A stretch of DNA of 42,833 bases from Octopus sinensis (GCF_006345805.1 NW_021835113.1:1-42833); one strand, 5' to 3'; shown: positions 11,604 to 23,062, numbered from the stretch's first letter. Program-made: numbers and translations. Notes: generated from the sequence alone by a model not told the origin.

Positions 11604-12638
11604 TCAGAGTGCGATTAAATCTCACCTGGTTCAATGGACGTTTCAACGAGTATGTACCTTCATCTAAATATCCAGATAAAGGCTCCCAACAATTTGTCCA
11701 AATTCATTTGGCTCTTGAAAGAATCCAGTTCGACTGCGTTAAAAATAAATTGGGGTCTCTGGAACCATGCTACGCCGTATTGTCATGAATTTTCAGTTTA
11801 TATTTACGTTGTGTAACTTCTGTGTATGCCAAAATCTTATATCATGTTTCGATACGCACATAAATAATAAGCTCTGAGCTATTAAATTTATGCAGGTACA
11901 GTTTTAAATATTTGCTGCATCAGTTTTCACCATCTAATTGTTAATTACTTTGACTTCTTGTAGAATCTAATCGCACGCAGCCATTTTTTAATGCTGTCCT
12001 CGCTTCACTATAGCGAAAAATTGTAAATATTTTATCTTTAAATCTTCAAGTTACCCCACTTACATAGTTTGGCTATTTACCACACTCTTATCTTTAAAAA
12101 TTTAATTCAAAATTTAAATGTAACCATATCTTATTTTCCTTTTTTCGAAATTTAATCGCCTTTTCCTAAATTTCATATATTTTCATGTATTTTCATCCAT
12201 ATTCATTTAATATATGCTTCCATACTTTTATACATTTATATACCAATTCATTTTTTCTTTGTACCGATTATTTTCTTCTTTCATCTCTCTTTCCTTTTCC
12301 TTACTCCTTCCTTACTCTTTTCTCTTTCTTTCTTCTCTTTTCTTTCTTTATCAAATGAGTTCCCTTCCATACATAACCCTCTATACGTTTTTTTAATTAA
12401 TATTTTATATGCAGTGGTCATATCGCCATCCGATATTATGCTTTTGTTCCAAATTTCTGCAACGTCTCATCCAATCAAAACTTGCTTTGATATTCACATA
12501 TTTCGAAAGAGTCTCTTTTGAATATATTTCTGAAGTTCCATTATTCATAATCGTTCTAAACTTGGAAAAGAAAAAGTTAGAGTAAGGATTTGTGTAGTTT
12601 CAATTTCCAGTGAATATTATATATATATATATATATCC

Positions 12639-12810
12639 AGGGGTGGCTGTGGGGTAAGTAGCTACATTACCAAGCACATGGTTCCGGGTTCAGTCCTACT
12701 GCGTGGCATCTTGGGCAAGTGTCTTCTACTATAGCCTCGGGCCGACCAAAGCCTTGTGAGTGGATTTGGTAGACGGAAACTAAAAGAAGCCCATTGTATA
12801 TATGTATATG
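12639..12810 (+). mobile_element. SINE family C, 5' half
   Basis: GTGGCTGTGGGGTAAGTAGC...GGTTCAGTCCTACTGCGTGGCATCTTGGGCAAGTGTCTTCTACTATAGCC matches the reverse complement of the 27449-27876 copy. Confidence 0.85.
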
Positions 12811-13709
12811 TGTGTGTGTCTGTCTGTCTGTCATGCACACACAAACATATATAGAGAGATATATAGATATATGCACATACATACATACATACATACATAC
12901 ATACATACATACATACATACATACATACATACATACATACATACGTACGTACATACATACGTACGTATATATATAAAAGATATACAATAAGTATCGAATG
13001 TTTACTATATCTATACTATGGCGTCATATTCGTTATATATTGAATATTTTTTGTCTGGATATAACTATTAGGATTGATTACATAATGAATTTTCTGTTTT
13101 GTGGAGTATCTTATTGTAATTAGCGGTTGTGAATCAACGCTTTCCTTTTTGTCATGAGTTGTCGTCTGTTGTGTTCATAATTTGTCGCAATGGCTCCTTG
13201 TTAAAAATTGTATAGCTAGCCTATTTGTATATTGAATGTACAAAAGAAATAGACTGGAGTAGTTAATAATTTTCATGTTTGTACTTGAATTTATATATTA
13301 CGATGGCCATTTGTAGTTTATTTACTTTTCTATTGATTTTTCGCCCACTGGCAACGGAGCACCGGTTACACATGATGTAAAATCATGCATTACTCAATAC
13401 ACAAGTCGAAGTGAAACGAAAGGCTAATAATCAGCAGCTACTCCACATTTTCCACCGTTGTTCTAATAATAACAAGGGTGGCTCGGGGAAATTTCACATT
13501 TAATAAATTTTCTTGTTTTTACTTAGATACACATATTCATAACACCGTTTCGCGATATTAATTTCATGATTTTTTTTTTTAGACAGTGAACCTAGATAAA
13601 TAATTGAGGTTATTGTAAAATTAGTATTTAGATAACATTGAGTGTTAGTAACAATATATTAGTGTTAGTAAGAATATAATAAATATTTATGATAACTTGT
13701 GCTTTATTT

Positions 13710-13748
<39 letters not shown>

Positions 13749-13887
13749 TGTGGTCACCTCCTCCCATGAATAATTTTAAGCACTTTTGCTCCGCTGCTTG
13801 TCTTGCGATCTGTTTGTAGGACTTCAAGAGATACGGATAACAATTGAACACAAGCAGAATAATGCTTTGACAAAGGACATTGTTAAG

Positions 13888-14411
13888 AATACCTACTTCT
13901 TTATTACCCACAAAGGGCTAAACACAGAGCGGACAAACAAGGACAGACAAACGGATTAAGTCGATTATATCGACCCCAGTGCGTAACTGGTACTTAATTT
14001 ATCGACCCCGAAAGGATGAAAGGCAAAGTCGACCTCGGCGGAATTGGAACTCAGAACGTAACGGCAGGCGAAATACCTATTTCTTTACTGCTCACAAGGG
14101 GCTAAACACACAGAGGACAAACAAGGACAGACAAACGCATCAACTCAATTATATCGACCCCAGTGCGTGACTGGTACTTATTTAATCGACCCCGAAAGAA
14201 TGAAAGGCAAAGTCAACTTCGGCGGAATTTGAACTCAGAACGTAGCAGCAGACGAAATACTTACTTCTTTACTACCCACAAGGGGCTAAACACAGAGAGG
14301 ACAAACAAGGACAGACAAACGGATTAAAGTGATTATATCGACCCCAGTGCGTAACTGGTACTTATTTAATTAACCCCGAAAGAATGGAAGGCAAAGTCGA
14401 CCTCAGCGGAA
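13888..14411 (-). repeat. Head-to-tail array of about 3 SINE family B internal units (~184 bp)
   Basis: Unit boundaries at ~13888, 14071 and 14255. Same unit as the 26223-27108 array. Confidence 0.9.
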
Positions 14412-14440
14412 TACTGCTGTGAATCATCAGATTCAGTCTC

Positions 14441-14660
14441 ATTCTTTTATCTTTTAATAGTTTCAGTCATTAGACTGCGGCCATGCTGGGGTTCCGCCTT
14501 CTTGATTTTTTAGCCGAATGAATCGACCTCAGTACTTATTTTTTTACAGACAGCTACTTATTCTATCGGTCTCTCTTTCCGAACGGCTTAGTTACGGGGA
14601 CATAAATGCACTCACACCAGTTGTCATGCGGTGGTAGGAGACAAACAGACACAGAGATTC
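14441..14660 (-). mobile_element. SINE family C, 3' half
   Basis: TTTCAGTCATTAGACTGCGGCCATGCTGG...TTATTCTATCGGTCTC matches the 20398 and 27449 copies. Confidence 0.8.
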
Positions 14661-14691
14661 ACACATACAAACACACACACACACGCACACA

Positions 14692-14739
<48 letters not shown>

Positions 14740-14750
14740 ACACACACACA

Positions 14751-15039
14751 CAATGGCCCAGTGGTTAGGGCAGTGGACTCGCAGTTTCGATTTCCAGACC
14801 GGGCGTTGTGAGTGTTTGTTGAGCGAAAACACCTAAACTTCCACGAGGCTCCGGCAGGGGATGGCGGCGGTCCCTGCTTACTCTTTCGCCACAACTTTCT
14901 CTCACTCTTTCTTCTGTTGGCCTGCTCGCTTAGCCAGCGGGGTGGCATCATTTGAAGGCTAAAACAATGCGAAGCGCATTGTGACCAGCGATGTGTAGCA
15001 ACATCTGATAGCCTGGTCGGTCACGGTGATCACGGTGAT
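14751..15039 (+). mobile_element. SINE family A
   Basis: CAATGGCCCAGTGGTTAGGGCAG...GGTCGGTCACGGTGAT, homologous to 5514-5814. Confidence 0.9.
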
Positions 15040-15336
15040 ATCTTTATATATAAAAGAGAAGTTGTGTGTCTGTCTCCTACGATTTAGATTCCTAACTACT
15101 CCCACATTTTGCGGTGCAGTGTAACCAAAACCGGGTATCTTATAGTCGTGATTCATATCGAGCCCTTCTGGGTATTAGTGCGCGTCTGCGATGAGTCTAC
15201 GATTTTTAAAAAAAATTACCATAATTTTTTTTCCCATTTTTAATGCATTTTTTGCTATTTGTTGCTATAACTCTCTAAAAATGCTTATATAGTTTTTTTT
15301 CCTTACAAACCCGAGCAACGCCGAGCGATACTGCTA

Positions 15337-15338
<2 letters not shown>
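15040..15338 (-). mobile_element. Non-autonomous Helentron/DINE-1-like element
   Basis: On the minus strand it starts ACTAGCAGTATCGCTCGGCGTTGCTCGG and ends GACAGACACACAAC...TTTTATATATAAAGAT, the typical HINE-type architecture. Confidence 0.6.
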
Positions 15339-15389
<51 letters not shown>

Positions 15390-15392
15390 CAC

Positions 15393-15770
15393 ACTAGCAG
15401 TATCGCCCGGCGTTGCTCGGAAATACTATAAAGCATTTTTAGAGAGTTATAGCCAAAAAATAGCAAAAAAATGGAAAAAAAATGATTGTAAATTTTTTTT
15501 TGAGAGTAAAAAAAGGTTGAGTTGCGTCCCCTAGACAGTCTGTGGTTTGTTTTTTTTTATTCTCGACCCCATGTCGAATTTATCGATTTTTTTCAGAACT
15601 GGGGGAACTTTTCAAAATTTTCGCTGCGTTAGTTTTGAATTATGACATTGGGCTATGTGTGTGTCAAGTTTCATCAGAATCGGTTGAAAGCCGTGGTCAG
15701 GGTGAGGGTACGAGAAAACAGACACACAGAAACACGCACAGACAAACTGCCGTTTATATAGAGAGAGATA
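15393..15770 (+). mobile_element. Non-autonomous Helentron/DINE-1-like element (second subfamily)
   Basis: Starts ACTAGCAGTATCGCCCGGCGTTGCTCGG and ends AAGTTTCATCAGAATCGGTTG...CAGACAAACTGCCGTTTATATAGAGAG. Confidence 0.6.
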
Positions 15771-16477
15771 TATAGGACGGGGTTTTAGTTTCCATCTACC
15801 AAATTCACTTGTTGTTGGGAGATGGTGTTGTGTCGTTGTTGGGAGGTATTTCTTCCACCAGTTTGAACGTCCTAGTTTTTTTCCCATTTTTTTATTTTGG
15901 CGAGATATGTTTTCTCCTTATTTTTTTATTTTTTTTATCTTGTTTGTTACTTTTTGAATTCTGCTTTATTTCCCGTTACCTTAGTTACACAACATGTCTG
16001 TGCGGTACCAAGCGGAGAGGGGCATGTCAAGAGGGTCGTTGTCTTTTTCCTCTACTGTGGTTGTTTGGGGGCTCTCAGTTACAGTCGTTGGTTATCTGGC
16101 GGCTCTTAAGGGCGTTGTTTTTGTTGCTGTTTTTGTTTTTTTGCTGCTGCTGCTTCTGTCTTTTTGTTTTGTTTTTTTGCCATTATTGTTGTTGCTGCTG
16201 TTGCTGCTGCTTTGCCTCATCTATTTTCCGACTTTTTATTCCAATCGTTTTGTTGCCAAAGTCTTCAGGGTCAGCAAACATTCCAAAACAACCCTGAGGA
16301 GTGACAAACTTGGTGGTTGTACAAATCTACCTTGGCTTCTGAGCAGTAAAAACAAAAATTTGTCCACAACTTGTTTGCTGTTAAGAAACATTTCGGTTGA
16401 TATACCCTCCAGCCAGGTGTCTTGGGGAAATTTCAAACCTGGGTTCTCATTCCTAAAGTATTTTTCGATGTTGTTGC

Positions 16478-16507
<30 letters not shown>

Positions 16508-16512
<5 letters not shown>

Positions 16513-16578
16513 TCACTGCCTGGAATCGAACTCGGAATCTTGAGGTTAGTAGCCTGTGCTCTTAACCACTACGCCATA
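16508..16578 (-). mobile_element. Minimal tRNA-only SINE (or tRNA retrocopy) with (AAT)n tail
   Basis: Minus strand reads TGGCGTAGTGG (A-box)...GAGTTCGATTCC (B-box)...GACCTGA, immediately followed by (ATA)n (plus-strand TTA run ~16480-16507). No intact acceptor stem. Confidence 0.7.
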
Positions 16579-16613
16579 GTAGTTGCTATATCGAACAACA
16601 ACAATAATAATGG

Positions 16614-17425
16614 TTTCTTTTATTTACCACCAGGGCGAAGGATGAGGGGACAATACAAAGTCAGACATAAAGTGTGGGGGTTTACATATAATGGAATGAT
16701 AAAATAAAAAGAATACACGGTATACAATAGAAGAAGCGAAGTATATACATAGTATATGACACTAGAGAAAGAGTGGGGAAAAGGATCATGATGGGAGATT
16801 CCCCCTGATTCAGGAAGACCTCTAGGGATAATCAAGGAACCCCACCATTCAGGATCACCCTGAGTACCAAGGACGAGAGCCCACTCCAACTTCTTTTTCT
16901 GACTCACAGGTCTACACTGAGAGTGGTACCATTCACCCTTATCATTTTTGCAACGTTCACCCACCTTTTCATAAATTCTCTCGGGGACAGCACCTTCCTC
17001 TCCACCCTCACTTTCCTTTTCAGCTGAAACTTGAAAAATCGATGAGGGTTTTACCAAAGAGGAACGTTTCTGTCCTCATTCTTTTCAGCCTTGTCCACCA
17101 GACAACCTCTTTCGCCACAGCCCACCAGACAAAGGAAAACCGTCTTGCTTGCCCGATTAAAGTAGGACACTGGACGAGTGCATGCAGAACGGGTTCGTCG
17201 CTCTGCAAGTCCGTCTCGGACAAGCCTGTCTGATAGCACATCCGCGCCTGTAGAGTTTATCTCGAACCGGTGGCACCCCCACGCCACCCGGTAGCACTGC
17301 CGAGCCGAAGACATCTGGAAATTATCCATAACAGTCCCCGACCGGAAAGTCCTCTGGAATAGACTTGCCAGTTCGTCTTCGTCGACGCTTAGGGTTTCCC
17401 CGAGGACGTCGTCGCACTTCCCCGC
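16614..17425 (-). mobile_element. 3' fragment of a Tx1/L1-like LINE with internal deletions
   Basis: Minus-strand peptides (CYQTG...DEPVLHALVQCP; VAKEVVWWTR) are homologous to the zinc-finger region of the 34694-36540 copy. The 3' end is of similar type. Confidence 0.8.
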
Positions 17426-17461
17426 TACTACTAATACTAATACTAATACTACTACTACTAC

Positions 17462-17497
<36 letters not shown>

Positions 17498-18248
17498 TAA
17501 TTAATTAATAAATAAATAAATAAATAATATTCCACAGTGCCTGTTTCAAAACTCTGACCTATAGCATACGGTTGAATAAATAACTCTTTGTATAATTACC
17601 ACTTATTAATTGTGCAGAATTCATTTTACGCTTAAGATTTTTCATTTCTTTTTTTTTTTCTTTTTTTTTCTTTGGTAGGCGTGACTTTTCATACACAAAA
17701 CTCAACTGATATTCTTTAAAATCATAAGCATTTCTTTTGTTTAATTCTTATATTTTTCTTTTATTTATATTTTTTTATTTTACTTTATTTTTTTTTTTTT
17801 TCCTTAATTTTTATCTCATTATTGAGAAGAATTTCAGAAATTCTTTTTTGCGCTGATATGAGAAATTTCGAAACATTTTCGAGAACATACACTTGTCTGT
17901 TCTTTCAGTTCTTCTGAGCGTCTCGTTTCCAGCTGGTTTTCAGCGGTTACCATAGACACTTTAATGTGTTGTTGTGTAAACAGTAAATAATGATTTTTAA
18001 CATCTCTAACGTCTAATGATTCCTAAGATGTAAACAGTAAATAAAAGAGATCTAAATTAGGCACAAGGTCAGAAATTTTGGCGGAAAGAGTAGTTTAATC
18101 TATTTTGATTTTTAAAATTCTTCTTTATACCCGCTCCGTGCTCTACTATGTGCCGAACCATCTCTTTACGATTCCTGTAGCATAACACTTTTTGTAGTGT
18201 TTTATTTTTTTCGTATGATAGGGTGTTACTGTCCACTCAAGCTTTCTC

Positions 18249-18665
18249 GGATCTTTTCGGTTTGAACGGCAGTTTTTCCCAGCGGTGTCATATGAAATTG
18301 TCACCCATAATTATGACCCTAGTATCGATCTATTGCATCTCAATCTGTTTTAGGGTTAGGGTTAGGGGTGGGGGGAAGGGTATCTTTTTTTCTTCACAAA
18401 TGTATATAAACCCAATCTGTTTCTTAAACGAGGGACATATTCATACAGCACAGAATGTTTGTTACCTCAACAGACGTTAGTGATTGGTTGAAATTGCAGA
18501 AATTTAAGAAAGAAACAACAAATATCTTACAAACAATAGAATTTTCTCAATAAAGCCAAGAGAAAAAGATGTTTTATAAACACTTTCTACCAGTATACGA
18601 AGTTTAAAAGTGTTTAGTTACGTGGAAATTATTTTAAAAAACTGCCGTTCAAACCGAAAAGGTCC
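18249..18665 (+). mobile_element. MITE copy 1 (TIR GGATCTTTTCGGTTTGAACGGCAGTTTTT)
   Basis: About 29-bp terminal inverted repeats, with an interior homologous to copies 2 and 3. No matching TSD. Confidence 0.9.
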
Positions 18666-18959
18666 CTTTACGATTCCTGTAGCATATCAGTTTTTGTAGT
18701 GATTTTTTTTTTCTTTCTATGATATGGTGTTTCTGTCCTCTCAAGCTTTATCCATTTCTTGAGGTAGGGAGGCTATGAACGCACCACGCCATGATACTCC
18801 TCACGCTGAAACGAAGCCGATTCTGAGAAAGAACAGAAAGAGGAGGGAAAATAATCGACAGCAATATTTGACTGGTTCTTTATTAATTGATTTCGGAAAC
18901 ATAAAAGACGAACTTGCTCTCGATACGATTTAAACACAGAGTGCAGAAAGCTGGATAAA

Positions 18960-19402
18960 GGATCTTTTCGGTTTGAACGGCAGTTTTTTCTAGCGGTGTC
19001 ATATGAAATTGTCACCCATAATTATGACCCTAGTATCGATCTATTGCATTTCAATCTGTTTTAGGGTTAGGTTTAGTTAGGGTTAGGGTAAGGGTTAGGG
19101 TTAGGGGTGGGGGGAAGGGTATCTTTTTTCTTCAGAAATGTAAATAAACCCAATCTGTTTCTTAAACGAGGGACATATTCATACGGCACAGAATGTTTTC
19201 ACCTCAATAGACGGTCATTGATTGGTTGAAATTTCAGAAATTGAAGAAAAAAACAACAAATATCTTACAAACTATAGAATTTTCTCAATAAAGCCAAGAG
19301 AAAAAGATGTTTTATAAACACATTCTATCAGTATACGAAGTTTGAATTTTTATAGTTACCTAGAAATTATGTTAAAAACTGCCGTTCAACCCGAAAAGAT
19401 CC
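18960..19402 (+). mobile_element. MITE copy 2, 8-bp TSD TGGATAAA, nested in an old SINE
   Basis: TSD at 18952-18959 and 19403-19410. The flanks join into a degenerate minus-strand family B-like SINE. Confidence 0.92.
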
Positions 19403-19787
19403 TGGATAAATTCTACTGGGTGTTTAATCCGACACTCTAACAACTCTGCCAGTTTACAGTCTGTGTCTGGCAATAGAAGCAGCCATTAATAGTTACACAA
19501 CATTAAAAGCAACGCATTAGTAGAAACAGACATTAATAATAACACATTAATAGCAACATAGATTAATAGTAATCGATAACATATGTAGTCGCTTGTTTAT
19601 TCAATAAAAACATATATACGTCTTTTGAAAGAGAAGGACAACGTCCTAAGTCTATGGATAACATGCTCAGCAAAGGCAAGGTTTCCATGACCAGAAGCCA
19701 ATCAAATGTTACAAGCAGCTACGTTGGTAGCGAAGTTTGAATTGAAGCCGTCTAACAACAACAGTGTCTAACCAACATGGAAGTATC

Positions 19788-20223
19788 GGATCTTTTCGGT
19801 TTGACCGGCAGTTTTTTAAAATAATTTCCACGTAACTAAACACTTTTAAACTTCGTATACTGGTAGAATGTGTTTCAAAAACATCCTTTTCTCTCGGCTT
19901 TATTGAGAAAATTCTATAGTTTGTAAGATATTTGTTGTTTTATTCTTCAATTTCTGCAATTTCAACCAATCAATGATGTCTATTGAGGTGAAAAACATTC
20001 TGTGCCGTATGAATATGTCCCTCGTTTAAGAAACAGATTGGGTTTATTTACATTTCTGAAGAAAAAAGATACCCTCCCCCCCCCCACCCCTAACCCTAAC
20101 TAACTCTAACCTTAACTCTAAAACAGATTGAAATGCAATAGATCGATCCTAGGGTCATAATTATGGGTGACAATTTCATATGACACCGCTAGAAAAAAAC
20201 TGCCTCTCAAACCGAAAAGATCC
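19788..20223 (-). mobile_element. MITE copy 3, inverted, 8-bp TSD GAAGTATC
   Basis: TSD at 19780-19787 and 20224-20231. The interior is the reverse complement of copies 1 and 2. Confidence 0.92.
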
Positions 20224-20397
20224 GAAGTATCTCCACAGTAACTCAACCTATTACAAATAATAATTACAACCAGATCTCTGTCAAATCTCTCGTTCGGTTT
20301 AATACTATCGCTAGACCCTCGACTACTTTTTTGGTCTACTTTATTTCAACCACAAGACCTCCGGCAAATGATAACTTTCTTTCTTTCTCATTGAAAT

Positions 20398-20796
20398 ACT
20401 CTTACTCTTTTTACTCTTTTTACTTGTTTCAGTCATTTGACTGCGGCCATGCTGGAGCACCGCCTTTAGTCGAGCAAATCGACCCCGGGACTTATTCTTT
20501 GTAAGCCCAGTACTTATTCTATCGGTCTCTTTTGCCGAACCGCTAAGTGACGGGGACGTAAAAACACCAGCATCGGTTGTCAAGCAATACTGGGGGAACA
20601 AACACAGACACACAAACACACACACACACACATATATATATATACATATATACGACAGGCTTCTTTCAGTTTCCGTCTACCAAATTCACTCACAAGGCAT
20701 TGGTCGGCCCGGGGCTATAGTAGAAGACACTTGCCCAAGGTACCACGCAGTGGGACTGAACCCAGAACTACTTACCACACAGCCACTCCTGCGCCT
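20398..20796 (-). mobile_element. SINE family C, near full length
   Basis: Collinear with 27449-27876, with a small deletion in the tRNA-like head. Confidence 0.9.
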
Positions 20797-21171
20797 ATAT
20801 AGAGTTCTTCTGGTGGAGTTAGCGTAGATTTGTACAATGATGACACCCACCAAAAATAAACCATTGCGGCATTCAATAAGGATTATATGGGGGATTAAGC
20901 TCGATGCAAAGTATTCAAAGATAGACTTCCAGGATGTCACTCATAAATTAAACTCGAAAGCGCATGAGCCCTCAAAGTACCCTGACAGTAACTAATTGTA
21001 TATCTGCACTCAATCCAACTATGCACAGAACGTCATCAATAGATAGCAATAAGAATCATCGAAAAGATAAGTACGAGTACTTCGATGTAGCTGAGACCAA
21101 AAATAAAGTCCCCACCAACACCACAAGTAACTGCCCTAGGAACTCTAAGTAAAGAAATTTTATATAATATA

Positions 21172-21405
21172 TATTTCTTTACTACCCACAATGGGCTAAG
21201 CACAGAGGGGACAAACAAGGGCAGACAAACGGATTAAGTCGATTATATCGACCCCAGTGCGTAACTGGTACTTATTTAATCGACCCCGAAAAGGATGAAA
21301 GGCAAATTCGACCTCGGCGGAATTTGAACTCAGAACGCAGCGGCGGACGAAATACCGCAAAGCATTTCGCCCGGCGTGCTAACGTTTCTGCCCGCTCGCC
21401 GCCTT
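21172..21405 (-). mobile_element. SINE family B monomer with 15-bp TSD
   Basis: TSD ATTTTATATAATATA at 21157-21171 and 21406-21420. Confidence 0.92.
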
Positions 21406-21427
21406 ATTTTATATAATATAATACATC

Positions 21428-21640
21428 ATGTGGAGGCACGTTAGGGTGTTGGACTCGTGTTCATAAGACTGTGATTTCGATTCCTTGATCGGGCGACGAG
21501 TTGTGTTCTTGAACAAAACACTTAATTTTATATCGTTTCAGTCCACTTAGCCAGCAAAAATGGGTAATCCTGCGACGGACAGGTGTCTCGTCCAGGGAGG
21601 AATATATGCGCCATGGAAACCGGGAAATCGACCCTATCAG
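21428..21640 (+). mobile_element. Old degenerate tRNA-derived SINE (different body)
   Basis: GTGGAGGCAC...GGACTCGTG...TTTCGATTCC head, then GTTGTGTTCTTGAACAAAACACTT core-like sequence. Confidence 0.55.
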
Positions 21641-21770
21641 TCTTGATATATATGTGTATAATCACCCCATGGATTTATATGGATAATACCGTACAAAATT
21701 CTGGTGCATCTGACTTAAGTACCATAGTCATCTGAATCTAAATTTTGCTAAACTTATATATATATATATA

Positions 21771-23027
21771 CGAGGGGCGTTCAATAAGTAATGCCCCTGA
21801 CCCACTTGCAGTTGTTTGATCTAGCTGAAATTTTGCATGTGCACTTATTTATACCTCTATAGATTAAGTGGCGAATTACAGCTCTGAACTAATTGTGGTT
21901 TCTGATTTACAGGTGTTTGAACTGAGTCAAGTGTGAAATGGAGCCTGTTGAGTGTCGAGCAGTGATCTGGTTTTTGTATTTGAAAGGACGCACACCACGG
22001 GAGACTGTTGATGAAATGAAAGTAACTTATGGTGATGATGCCCCATCATATGAACTTGTAAAACGCTGGCATTGTGAATTCAAACATAGTCGGAACTCTG
22101 TGGAAACAGCTCCCAGATCTGGTCGCCCCCTTCTGCCGTTGATGAGACGTCTGTCCGTCAAGTTGAGGCTGCCATTTTGGAAGGTCAACGCATAACTATT
22201 CGCCAAATAGCCCATAAGGTCAAGATTAGTACCGGGTCTGTGGAAACTATCATTCATGACCATTTGCATATGCAAAAGGTGTCTGCCAGATGGATTTCCA
22301 GGTTGCTCACACCTTTCCAGAAGCAAGAACGCGTTGAGTGCTCGAGGATGAATTTGGAGATGTGCCAAGAAGATGAGTCAAAATTTTTCAAAAGACTGAT
22401 CACACAGGATAAAACCTGGGTCCATCACTATGATCCAGAGACCAAAGCCCAGTCAATGCAGTGAAAGCACCGTGACTCACCTCCTCCAAAGAAGGCAAGG
22501 GTGCAGCCCTCCGCTGACAAGGTTATGCTCACAGTCTTCTGGGACCAGGACGGAGTAGTGATGACAGATTTCCACAATTACAGGAGCCTATTATGCTTCA
22601 CTTTTGAGGAAATTAAGAGAAGCCTATCAAAATCAAGAGGCGGGGCAAAATCAGCAAAGACATCCTTCTCCTGCAGGACAACGCTCCGGTCCACAACTCG
22701 CGTGTCGCCAGATCAGAAGCACAGGCGTGCAGCTATGAACTCCTCCCCTTGCACCCTCTGATTTTCACCTCTTCCCAGCCATGAAGTTGATTTTGAAAGG
22801 AAAGCGTTTCCCAGATGATGCAGCCTTGATTTCTGAAGTCACGTCGTGGTTGGAGGACCAAGCTGGGGTCCTCTACAAAAACGGTCTCCAGCGCTGTATC
22901 AAACGATGGGAGAAATGCATAACTCTGGGTAGTTCCTATGTAGGAAAAGACTAATAACTGTGCCAAGTGTCGTTGCTCTACTGCTATGGGAAGTGGGTCA
23001 GGAGCATTACTTATTGAACGCCCCTCG
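21771..23027 (+). mobile_element. Mariner DNA transposon, near full length, inserted in (TA)n
   Basis: 37-bp TIR CGAGGGGCGTTCAATAAGTAATGC(C/T)CCTGACCCACTT with 1 mismatch. TA dinucleotides flank both ends. Length 1257 bp. Confidence 0.95.
21938..22954 (+). pseudogene. Mariner transposase pseudogene
   Basis: HTH N-terminus, SARWISRLLT (WVP-like motif), ITQDKTWVHHYDPE (first D), VMLTVFWD, LQDNAPVH (second D) and RWEKCI C-terminus. Frameshifts and a stop are present, and the YSPDL region is damaged. Confidence 0.9.

Positions 23028-23062
<35 letters not shown>

Noticed and set aside
16355-16470. Minus-strand ACACCT-GGCTG...CAACC-GAAATGT, possibly a hammerhead remnant
   Set aside because: The CUGANGA core is absent in this copy, so it cannot be supported from the sequence alone.
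17850-17885. CTGATATGA...GAAACATTTTC hammerhead-like string
   Set aside because: Two-base insertion in the core, no stem III or cleavage-triplet pairing, and no stem I.
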